From the IMG/VR virus record IMGVR_UViG_3300044858_004988, positions 1-24,846 of that record: DNA of 24,846 nucleotides; one strand, written 5' to 3'. The notes under the pieces are model-generated. The model was not told where the DNA came from, did not search any database, and saw only the letters and a list, made by a program, of their open reading frames with translations. The DNA is from a virus (taxonomy: Duplodnaviria > Caudoviricetes). This document shows positions 8,184 to 16,103 of this stretch, in pieces. The position numbers were made by a program, and so were the translations under genes. Within the stretch, counting starts at the first letter, position 1. Every line of letters starts with the position of its first letter.

Positions 8184-9500
8184 TCAGGCGGCCGTGGACT
8201 GCCAGGCATTCGCCACCGCCTGCCGGTGCTCCGCCGCGGCTGCAGCGATGCCGTCGCTGCTGCTATCGCTGCGGGGGGTGGTGAGGCCCTGCAGCTGGCG
8301 GGCCAGCAGGTTGGCGGCATTGGGGGCGTAGGGGATCTTTTCGGCGTTCTCGAACGCGGCATCGAAGCGAGCGGCGATGTATTCGTCGCTGCGGTCCTCG
8401 AGGCCATCGATTCGCACCGCGGCGGCCTCCAGGGCCAGCACCATCACCTCGCGGTTAGAGAGGCCGTCATGGCGCTCCCGCTTGCCGATGAGCTCACCGG
8501 CCTTCTCCAGCACGTCGACCCGCTCGGCCACCAGCTGATTGATCAGCTCAGGATCGGGCTCCGGAGCAGAATCGGTGCGCTCGGCCACCAGCTGCTCCAG
8601 CTCAGCGAGCTGCTCAGAGAGGCTGTCGAAGCGCAACTCAGAGGCGGCCAGATCATCAACGGTGGCCTTGTAGACCTCCCAGGGCACGCTGCGGCCGGGG
8701 GTGGCGGAGTCGCCACGGGTCTTCTTGCCCTTGGCCATGCCGTAGCCGTCTTCCTTCTCCTGGTCGTCGTCGCCGGCCATGCCGTCGTCGCCTTCCATGG
8801 CTTCAGGGTCCATCTCTTCCTCGGCCTTGGCCTTGGCCTTGGCGTCGGTTTTGCCGGCGGGGGGCTTCATGTCGGTGCGATCAGTGGCGGGCTGGCTGGA
8901 AGTGGCCATGGAGGGGTCCTCAAAGGAAGGAATGAGATCGGCAGAAACCGCGACGATCGGCGGGTCGTCGCCGTCGGCGGAGTCGAAATGCAGGCGCACC
9001 TCCGACCCCGCCCGGGCCTTGCGGGTGATGGCGTGGTGGTTGCCAGAGATGGCGCGCTGCACGCCGTCGTAACGGGTGCCGTCCGGGGCGACGCCGGGGG
9101 TGGCGTCGTATTCGCAGCGGTAACCCACCGACAGCTCGGTGGCGTCGCCACGCTTGACGGCCTCGATCGCCTCACGGTCGGTGAGCACGACAGTGCCGTG
9201 CACAAACCCGTTGTCGTAGACCACGTGGGTGCCGGAAGCGCCCCGCTGGTACTGCCGGGCCGTGTCCGGGGTGAGCAGCTGGGGCGGGTGCTCCAGGGTC
9301 ACCGGCAGGCCACCAAGGGACAGGAAGCTGTCTTGGCGGGCCACCTCCGACTCGGGGCGGTACTCGACACGCTGCGAGCCATCCGGGTTGCTGTAGGTCT
9401 GGCAACCGGTGCGGGCAAAGGTGGCGCGAATGCGCAGGAATCCCTCGGGGGTCTCCACCCAGTTGCCCGGAATGCTGGAGCGATCGAAACGAAACTGCAC
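8184..9500 (-). CDS. DUF2213-type prohead protease with a C-terminal scaffold region
   Basis: ETPEGFL..ARTGCQTY, PVTLEHP, ELSVGY and QRAISGNHHAITRKARAG motifs; acidic coiled-coil C-terminus. Confidence 0.9.
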   Translation of the reverse strand: MQFRFDRSSIPGNWVETPEGFLRIRATFARTGCQTYSNPDGSQRVEYRPESEVARQDSFLSLGGLPVTLEHPPQLLTPDTARQYQRGASGTHVVYDNGFVHGTVVLTDREAIEAVKRGDATELSVGYRCEYDATPGVAPDGTRYDGVQRAISGNHHAITRKARAGSEVRLHFDSADGDDPPIVAVSADLIPSFEDPSMATSSQPATDRTDMKPPAGKTDAKAKAKAEEEMDPEAMEGDDGMAGDDDQEKEDGYGMAKGKKTRGDSATPGRSVPWEVYKATVDDLAASELRFDSLSEQLAELEQLVAERTDSAPEPDPELINQLVAERVDVLEKAGELIGKRERHDGLSNREVMVLALEAAAVRIDGLEDRSDEYIAARFDAAFENAEKIPYAPNAANLLARQLQGLTTPRSDSSSDGIAAAAAEHRQAVANAWQSTAA

Positions 9501-9575
9501 CGGCAGATAGCAGGAGCTGCCAGGAAGATGAAGCCGCCGGCCTTATGTTGAAGGCATGGATGCCATAAACGCACA

Positions 9576-9803
9576 ATGGCGACACTCCTGCCTGACGCGA
9601 TGGTCCGTCGGCTGTTGGGTGCACGCTTGGGCGTGATCATGCGACAGCGTGGCGTCAGCCAGCAGCAGCTGGCGGAGCAGCTGGAGGTGCACCGCAGCGC
9701 CGTTAGCCGGTGGTGCTCAGGCGAGCGTGATCCGAACCCTGGCCAGCTGCGGTCGATCTGCCTGCTGCTCGCGATCGATCCGGCCCTGCTGCTGGGGCTC
9801 TAA
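9576..9803 (+). CDS. Xre/Cro-family HTH transcriptional regulator
   Basis: RGVSQQQLAEQLEVHRSAVSRWCSGERDP. Confidence 0.9.
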   Translation: MATLLPDAMVRRLLGARLGVIMRQRGVSQQQLAEQLEVHRSAVSRWCSGERDPNPGQLRSICLLLAIDPALLLGL

Positions 9804-9965
9804 TCAGCTGGCCTTTGGCCGCTTTCCCCGTGCCGCGGCCACCGGTGGGGCCTCCTGCAGGCGCAGCATTACGGTGGTCTCCACTGCCACGTTGGCCCAG
9901 TCGATCGGGGCAGCGTCGGGGCGGCGGGCTGAGGGATTGCTGCTAGCAGGGCTGAAAGGCGTCAT
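9804..9965 (-). CDS. Small hypothetical protein, 53 aa (not in the ORF track)
   Basis: Read by hand: MTPFSPASSNPSARRPDAAPIDWANVAVETTVMLRLQEAPPVAAARGKRPKAS; ATGA overlap with the upstream ORF; stop abuts the HTH stop. Confidence 0.5.
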   Translation of the reverse strand: MTPFSPASSNPSARRPDAAPIDWANVAVETTVMLRLQEAPPVAAARGKRPKAS

Positions 9966-10159
9966 CGGCGAGGCGTTGTGGACGATGGCAGTTTCTTTGT
10001 AGAGCCAGTGGGTTCAGCTGCCTGGCTCTCGGCATCCTTTTGATCGGCGGGGAATTGCCCCTCCGGGTCTGCAAACTCAAAACCAATGTCCTGCATTCGG
10101 CCTTGAAGCCCTTTGCCTTTGCCAGGTTTGCTTGATCCCGTCATCGCATTCATAGTCAT
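9962..10159 (-). CDS. Small hypothetical protein, 65 aa; candidate ART inhibitor
   Basis: ATGA overlap with the 1411-aa gene stop; shares the lower GC of the ART segment. Confidence 0.55.
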   Translation of the reverse strand: MTMNAMTGSSKPGKGKGLQGRMQDIGFEFADPEGQFPADQKDAESQAAEPTGSTKKLPSSTTPRR

Positions 10160-13100
10160 ATTCGTTCCACTGTAACCTGCAGTCCTTTTCCTTTGGGACC
10201 AGGGGTTACGGATAGCACCCTGAACTTTGCCGGTGGACCGACAATAACCTCTTGCTCATCCGCTCGCTCTGATAGCTTGGATACATCTCGGCCGCCGTGC
10301 CCCGCTTTGTAGGTGATAATAACCGCTGTGATTTTTGAAGATGTAACTCCCCCGGCTGCAAAGTGTTTTGCAACCGTTTCATCTCTGCTTGTGCTCTGAA
10401 AGGCCTTGTCCCGAAAGACCCCACCAACCTTGAACATCCTTTCCGCGTCTGCCGTCGGAATGGCAATCCCCCGGAAGGTATCCCCCCTGTATTCGGGGAG
10501 CTTTGTCAGCGCATCTTTCAGCATGGCCGCGCTGTCTCTGGATTCGTTAAAGTTCTGATCGTATTGCGTTTTAGCCTTACCAGTTCTCATGTAGTGGTTT
10601 ATGGCTGTATATTTATCATCCGCCGTGTAATTGCTGAGTGCGCCAAGGTGCGCATCGCTCAAGCCAAGCTTCTTGGCTTCTCTCGCTATTGCTTGCTCGT
10701 CAGTGCTGCGGATCTTGGCAATTCTGGCGCGGCTTTCCTGCCCTCTTTTCTGCATGTCCAGCAGGTTCTCGGGGTCTGTCTTCGGGGTTCTTCTTGCCGT
10801 TTGCCTTGGTGAAGGCGCCACTGCCGGAGACGGCGACTTGGCCGGCGTTGCATTTCCCGGCGCCGCCAGGGCGAGGATGCGCTGCATCTTCTGCTGGCCG
10901 GGGCCGGCTCCGGGGGTCTTGCGGCACTGCTTGCTCATCGAGATGCAGCTGGATCCGCAGCCATAGCCAGTGCTGCACTTCCGGCGCAGGGCATCGATCC
11001 GGGCTTCGAGGATGTCAGCATCCCGCCGGCTGCCGCCGAGGCGCCGCCGCGGCCGGCCACCACCCAGGGATGGATCTTCGCCACCTTCACCACCGAACTG
11101 CTCCTCTGCCTGGATGCGCAGGTCGATCGTCTGCTTCTGGAGATCGTTCAGCCGCTTGTCCTGGGCCTTCATGTCCTCGAGCGCGCTCTTCAGGGCTCCA
11201 GAGACGGTGCCGGAGGCGCCGGCACGGTTGCGCATGGCCGCGGATCGAGCGGCAGCTTCAGGGGAGCTGGCCTGGGCCTGCATCTTCTGGGCAAACTCGG
11301 CCTTGAACTTGTCCCGGGCCTGGTCCTTGCTCATGCCCCGGTAGCGGGTGCGGCGGTCGATTGTCCAGCCGGCCTCGAAGAGCTGCTCAGCGATCATCCC
11401 CATCTGCTTGGCGTCTGCGGCCTTCAGGGCCCCCAGGGTTTGCCTGAGGGCTTCTGTGACGCTGCCGGGTTTGGAGGCAGGGGCCGTCGTCGTGGGCCGG
11501 GCGGCTGCTCCACCGCCGGACTGGACGGCCAGGCTGCCGCCGGTGCTGGGGGTGCTGGCGGGCTGTTCCTTGAACAGCGGCATGGTTTCGTCGTATTCGG
11601 TCACCCCAAACAGCGATCTCTGGCTCTGCTTGTTGCTGCTGATGGCCGTGGCCAGCCGGCCGCGCTCCACCGCCCTCTCTTCCTTCCGCCAGGCCTGAGC
11701 CCCGGATTGATCCCCGGCGGCCTGGGCGGCCTGCTGCTGCTGCCGGGCGAAGGCGGCCTGTTGCTTGCTGGTGGTCACGTCCTGGGCGTTTAGGCCCTGC
11801 TCCTTGGCCTTGGGTGCCAGGCCGGGATCCTGGCGGCCGGGGTTGGTCAGCACCGGCTGGGGTGAGCCTTCTGATGCGTTCCCATTTGCAAACGTGCCCT
11901 CTCGAATCGGCCTGGAATGCTTGTTGCCACCGATGCGCACGTCTGTTGCGGTCCCCCCTCTTGTTGCTGTGCCGGCAGCTGCAAAGGACTCAACTGTCTC
12001 CAGCACTTCGCGGTCGCTGGTGTCTCGCAGAAGGTTTCGATTGCCCACATAGGAGGCCTTGTACTCGGCCTGCCACTCGTTGCCACGGCGATTATTGGTG
12101 CCCTCCTCGGCATCCGCGTCACTTTTAGCGTTGTGGTCTGCGTACCAGTGCTCTGCTGCCTGGCGATCCCGGAAAAAGTAGTTTTGCTTGGTGGCTCCTC
12201 CACGCTGGGTGCGGTAATACTTCAGGCCACCCGCTGCTTTTCTTTTCTCTACTGCTGGATCGTAGTTTGTATCGCCTCCTGCAGCGATGCTCATTGGCTT
12301 TAAGGTGACGATCTCCTTAAGTTGCGGAGTTGGCCGGTAGGGATTGGTTTGTTTCTCTTGAGCAGCCTTGGCTCGACGAGCAGCCTGGCGCTGGAATCGC
12401 AGCTCCTGAGCTTGGCCGGTGCGCCGACCCTGCAGATCAGCCGCCATGGTGGCCGCTTCGGCTGCTTTAGGCACACCTATCCCCTTGGGCTTGATTTCGC
12501 CTTGGGCCAGGGCCAGCAGCCGCTTCATGCGCTCCTTCCCGATGGCGCTGCGGGGAGTGGTGCGACATTCCTTCCGCAAGCTGATGCAAGCCGACCCGCA
12601 GCCATAGCCGGTGCTGCATTGCTTCCGCAGGGCATCGATCCGTTCCTGCAGGCTGTCGGCCCGGGGCCGCTTGCGCAGCCCCACCGCTTCCAGCTCAGCC
12701 TGCACCGCCTCGAAGACATCCCGCTCCAGCTCCTTCCGCACCGTGGCCTCGGCCTCGCCGGCCTCCACCCGATCGGCGGCACGGTTGAGGGCGGAACTGA
12801 TCGGGCCAGAGGCGCTCTTCAGCCGCTCAAACACCCCCAGGGCCTCGCTGGCCTCGCCGGCCACCTTGGCGCTCTGCTCCTGGTTGATCACGTTCCCCCC
12901 CTTCTCGGTCAGGCTGGTGGCGGCCTTGGCCTTGCTGACGGTGGAGAAGAGGCGCTTCTCCCGGGCGATCTTGGCCTTCAGGCCGGCGGAGAGCTTGGCC
13001 CGGGTGAACAGGTTGTCTTTGGCCTCCTGGCTCATTCCGAAGAGATCCATCGTGGTCTGGGTGCGTTGGGAGCTGGCAGCGGCATGCTCCACCAGCTCCT

Positions 13101-14391
13101 GCAGGGTCTGATCGGTGATGGCTTTGCGGGAGCCGATCATCTTGAACACCTCCCGCTGCTTGGCGTCATCGAGGCCACTGCCGCCAATGATCGCCCCGCG
13201 GTTCACCGTCAGGTCACCCCGCACCACAGCGTTGAACACGTCGCCGGGGAGCTTGCTGAGGCTCAGCCCCTTGGATGCCTGGCCGCTGCCCAGGGGCAGG
13301 CCCCGGGCCTCCACGTCCTGCTGGTTTTTGATGCCGGTGTCGCGGAAGAACTTGGCCGCATCCATCGGGCTGCCAGCCCCCTCGGCGATGTTCTGCAGGG
13401 CCCCGATTGCCCGGGCCTCGGTGGCGGTGGCGGCATTGAGGAAGCGCACGGTGACGGCCTCCGCCCCCAGGCGGTTGGCCAGGGCCAGGCGGTTGTGCCC
13501 GTTGACCACATAGACCTTGTCGTCGGCCGGGTCCTTCCAGACCGACATCACGCCGGAAAGGTTCGGGTCCCACTTGCGCACCCCCGACAGGCTGCCCACC
13601 TCGCCGGTGGTGGCGGTGGCGTTGATCTTGTACTGGAAGCGGGAGGGATCGAAGGCGAGCTCCCCTGGCTTCATCTCCCGGACGGTGCCGGGCTCCGTGG
13701 AGCTGTTGGCCGAGGCGGGGAGCTTGCCGGTGCGCAGGAACTCGGCGATCTCCGGCCGCTCGAGCAGCTTCTGCACCCGCTGGGTGGTGCGGTCCTTCTG
13801 CAGAGCCGCCGCGGCCGCCCCGCGGGAGGCCTGCGCCTGGCTGGCGGTTTTGCCAGCTGATTGGTTGCCGGCGGCAGCCAGCTGCTGGAGGCGCCGCAGG
13901 CGGCCCTTTCCGATCGCTGAACGGGGGGCGATCCGGCACTCCTTCTGGAGGGAGATGCAGGCGTTGCCGCAGCCGTAGCCGGTGGCGCATTTCCGCTTCT
14001 GGCCACCGCCGGCCCTGGTGCGGCGGAAGTCCATCCGGGCGACAGGGGCCCGCAGCTGCAGAAACGAATCCGATCGCAGCTCCCAACCACGCTGCAGCAC
14101 CCCCTCCCATGCGGGGCGATAGCCAACGCCTTCCGCATCGACACGGAACCGGTAGACCAGGCCATCGGCGGCCATCCGCCCGGCATGGGCAGCACCGTCC
14201 TGCCGCCAGTCGAGCACCAGGGCGCCGGGGAGCACCTCGGCCAGCAGCTGCTGCAGCACCGGGGAGACCCGATCGGCGGCGTCGTGCCGCAGGGCCACGG
14301 GGCGCTGGGCCAGGGCCTTGTTGACGCGGGCCACGGAAAACTGAGCCTCAATGGCCGAAAGGCGATCCAGCAGGGACTGGTGACGGCTCAT
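10156..14391 (-). CDS. 1411-aa multidomain (polyvalent) protein: N-terminal domain, three Cys4 cassettes, ParB/Srx-like domain, unknown domain, C-terminal ADP-ribosyltransferase
   Basis: VYVVNGHNRLALA (ParB-like); YTAINHYMR, TFRG, FQSTS and EQEVIV (R-S-E ART); three copies of C-x2-GYGCG-x2-CIS-x4-CR. Confidence 0.9.
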   Translation of the reverse strand: MSRHQSLLDRLSAIEAQFSVARVNKALAQRPVALRHDAADRVSPVLQQLLAEVLPGALVLDWRQDGAAHAGRMAADGLVYRFRVDAEGVGYRPAWEGVLQRGWELRSDSFLQLRAPVARMDFRRTRAGGGQKRKCATGYGCGNACISLQKECRIAPRSAIGKGRLRRLQQLAAAGNQSAGKTASQAQASRGAAAAALQKDRTTQRVQKLLERPEIAEFLRTGKLPASANSSTEPGTVREMKPGELAFDPSRFQYKINATATTGEVGSLSGVRKWDPNLSGVMSVWKDPADDKVYVVNGHNRLALANRLGAEAVTVRFLNAATATEARAIGALQNIAEGAGSPMDAAKFFRDTGIKNQQDVEARGLPLGSGQASKGLSLSKLPGDVFNAVVRGDLTVNRGAIIGGSGLDDAKQREVFKMIGSRKAITDQTLQELVEHAAASSQRTQTTMDLFGMSQEAKDNLFTRAKLSAGLKAKIAREKRLFSTVSKAKAATSLTEKGGNVINQEQSAKVAGEASEALGVFERLKSASGPISSALNRAADRVEAGEAEATVRKELERDVFEAVQAELEAVGLRKRPRADSLQERIDALRKQCSTGYGCGSACISLRKECRTTPRSAIGKERMKRLLALAQGEIKPKGIGVPKAAEAATMAADLQGRRTGQAQELRFQRQAARRAKAAQEKQTNPYRPTPQLKEIVTLKPMSIAAGGDTNYDPAVEKRKAAGGLKYYRTQRGGATKQNYFFRDRQAAEHWYADHNAKSDADAEEGTNNRRGNEWQAEYKASYVGNRNLLRDTSDREVLETVESFAAAGTATRGGTATDVRIGGNKHSRPIREGTFANGNASEGSPQPVLTNPGRQDPGLAPKAKEQGLNAQDVTTSKQQAAFARQQQQAAQAAGDQSGAQAWRKEERAVERGRLATAISSNKQSQRSLFGVTEYDETMPLFKEQPASTPSTGGSLAVQSGGGAAARPTTTAPASKPGSVTEALRQTLGALKAADAKQMGMIAEQLFEAGWTIDRRTRYRGMSKDQARDKFKAEFAQKMQAQASSPEAAARSAAMRNRAGASGTVSGALKSALEDMKAQDKRLNDLQKQTIDLRIQAEEQFGGEGGEDPSLGGGRPRRRLGGSRRDADILEARIDALRRKCSTGYGCGSSCISMSKQCRKTPGAGPGQQKMQRILALAAPGNATPAKSPSPAVAPSPRQTARRTPKTDPENLLDMQKRGQESRARIAKIRSTDEQAIAREAKKLGLSDAHLGALSNYTADDKYTAINHYMRTGKAKTQYDQNFNESRDSAAMLKDALTKLPEYRGDTFRGIAIPTADAERMFKVGGVFRDKAFQSTSRDETVAKHFAAGGVTSSKITAVIITYKAGHGGRDVSKLSERADEQEVIVGPPAKFRVLSVTPGPKGKGLQVTVERI
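10861..11028 (-). repeat. Cys4 cassette copy 3 (before the ART domain)
   Basis: RRDADILEARIDALRRKCSTGYGCGSSCISMSKQCRKTPGAGPGQQKMQRILALAA. Confidence 0.95.
12505..12663 (-). repeat. Cys4 cassette copy 2 (before the unknown domain)
   Basis: RADSLQERIDALRKQCSTGYGCGSACISLRKECRTTPRSAIGKERMKRLLALA. Confidence 0.95.
13870..14037 (-). repeat. Cys4 cassette copy 1 (before the ParB-like domain)
   Basis: RMDFRRTRAGGGQKRKCATGYGCGNACISLQKECRIAPRSAIGKGRLRRLQQLAAA. Confidence 0.95.
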
Positions 14392-14852
14392 CGATCAGGG
14401 ATCTCCTTCCATGGCCGGGGCGGCGTCAAGCGGCTGCGCAGGTGGTCAGCGGCGGCAGCCCTCGCTGAAGAGGCTGCAAAGCTGATCTGGGCCTTCATTT
14501 CTTTGGCTGGAATCATTCCGGCGGCTTCGGCGGCAACCTGCAGCCGCTCCGGGCCGATGGCCTCGATCTGCGGCTGCAACGCCAGGGCAGGCTTCCCCGC
14601 CGCCTCCAGCGCTTCGATCTGCTGCTGCAACTGGGGGGCCTGCCCCAGCGTCACCTTCATGTCTGCGATGCGCTTTGTGGCCGCTGCCTGCAGCCGCTCA
14701 TCAAGCCCCTCGAAGGCCGTGTCGATCCGGTCTTCCGCCTGATCCAGCGCGGCATCAATTGCACCATCCAGCTGGGCGCGGACCTTGAGCGCCAGCTTTA
14801 AGGCGAGGCGATCCAGCAGGGGATCCAGCAGTCCATCGAGCCAGTTCATCAC
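14388..14852 (-). CDS. Coiled-coil hypothetical protein, 154 aa
   Basis: Heptad-like Leu/Ala/Asp pattern; 4-bp start/stop overlaps with both neighbours. Confidence 0.75.
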   Translation of the reverse strand: MMNWLDGLLDPLLDRLALKLALKVRAQLDGAIDAALDQAEDRIDTAFEGLDERLQAAATKRIADMKVTLGQAPQLQQQIEALEAAGKPALALQPQIEAIGPERLQVAAEAAGMIPAKEMKAQISFAASSARAAAADHLRSRLTPPRPWKEIPDR

Positions 14853-15133
14853 GATGCTCCGAGACGGGTTTTGATGCGCTCAATCCGGGCCTGGAGATCG
14901 CTATCCTCCCGGCCGCCGCCACCTTGGCCCTTGGGCTTATAGGTGACCATGCCGCCCTTGGTGAACCTGAAGATGAAGCGCTGCCGGTTCGATACGAACT
15001 CACCTTGGGGCTCACCACCGGCATCGGAGATCGACACGATCTGCACCGGTCGGATCTGTTCACTCAGCAGCTCAGTGGCCAGCTGCACCATTTCAGTTCG
15101 TCGATCCACAGGGCCAGCAGCGTTCTGAATCAA
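14849..15133 (-). CDS. Small protein resembling the N-terminal domain of the 1411-aa protein (start TTG 15133 or ATG 15091)
   Basis: LLSE..G..FIFRF..G..YKP aligns with LLAE..G..YRFRV..G..YRP; ends REDSDLQARIERIKTRL. Confidence 0.72.
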   Translation of the reverse strand: MIQNAAGPVDRRTEMVQLATELLSEQIRPVQIVSISDAGGEPQGEFVSNRQRFIFRFTKGGMVTYKPKGQGGGGREDSDLQARIERIKTRLGAS

Positions 15134-15169
15134 GTATGGGCATGGTGATAGGGACGGTTGGCCGCCGGG

Positions 15170-16036
15170 CTACCCAGTTGGCGCGGCAGATTTGTAGGGG
15201 TGCCCTACGGGGAGGAGGCTCTGCAGATTCCATCCGGCGACCGGGCCGGCAAGATAACCCTGGACCAACTGAACGGTGGCGAGGCTAGTGCCAGGGGGCA
15301 GAATGACGATTTCCCATATAACGCCTACGAGTCGAGACGCGCCATTGCCCAGCGTCCCGAGATCCAACAGAAAGGACGCATTTGCCGAAGATGGGGCGTT
15401 TGTGAGTGAGTTGTTTTTAATTTCCGCCCCGCCGTTGACTGTAATTATTGACCTGTTCGCAGGTGTTGCGTTGCTGGGGTCACCAATATGCGTGATAATT
15501 ACAGGAGTGTTAGCCGGGTGCGCGTTGTCCCCTGATAGGTTGACAGCTGCATCTTGGCTGCCTACTCCTCTTGTTATTAACGCGCCAGCTCTTAGATTGC
15601 GGCCAACAGGGGCTCTGTCATCAAAAAACACAGAAAAGCCGTGGTTGGCTGACGCCCCGGCGTTGTTCCCCAGTAGTCCGTATAGAGCGTTGGGATCTGC
15701 GGTGTTTCCGGCTCTCCACACGGCTACGATAGTTGCGCCCGCGCCCGCTGCGGTATGCAGAAAATTCCACGTTGCTGCCGAACTGGAAGAAGTCAGCCAT
15801 TGGCTTCCGTTAAATGTTAGTCCGTTTTTGCCATTTAACGGATTCCCCATGGTTGGCTGAGCCCCGCCAGTCGCTTGGTCGAAAACGCGCTCAAGCCCCA
15901 GCTTCTTGTCCCGGATCTGGGATACCCCTGTCGCAATCGTAGTTGTGGCCGTGTCATACGGCGTAAGCCATAGCTCGGTGGCAGTTTGGGTTGGGGTCCA
16001 TAAAGTTGGCGCCCGCCGCCTAGAAGTGTAAATCAC
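15170..16036 (-). CDS. Virion structural / receptor-binding-like protein, probable LamG/concanavalin-like fold
   Basis: LWTP..LWL..D, QATGGAQPT, LTFNGSQWL, IWEIVI and GHPYKSAAP motifs; start reassigned to GTG 16036; lower GC. Confidence 0.65.
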   Translation of the reverse strand: MIYTSRRRAPTLWTPTQTATELWLTPYDTATTTIATGVSQIRDKKLGLERVFDQATGGAQPTMGNPLNGKNGLTFNGSQWLTSSSSAATWNFLHTAAGAGATIVAVWRAGNTADPNALYGLLGNNAGASANHGFSVFFDDRAPVGRNLRAGALITRGVGSQDAAVNLSGDNAHPANTPVIITHIGDPSNATPANRSIITVNGGAEIKNNSLTNAPSSANASFLLDLGTLGNGASRLVGVIWEIVILPPGTSLATVQLVQGYLAGPVAGWNLQSLLPVGHPYKSAAPTG

Positions 16037-16103
16037 TTTTGGCAACCTCCGATCTGGCGAGCCAGCGGCAGGGGAAATCCAGGGCGGCGGAAGGCGTTGT
16101 TCA

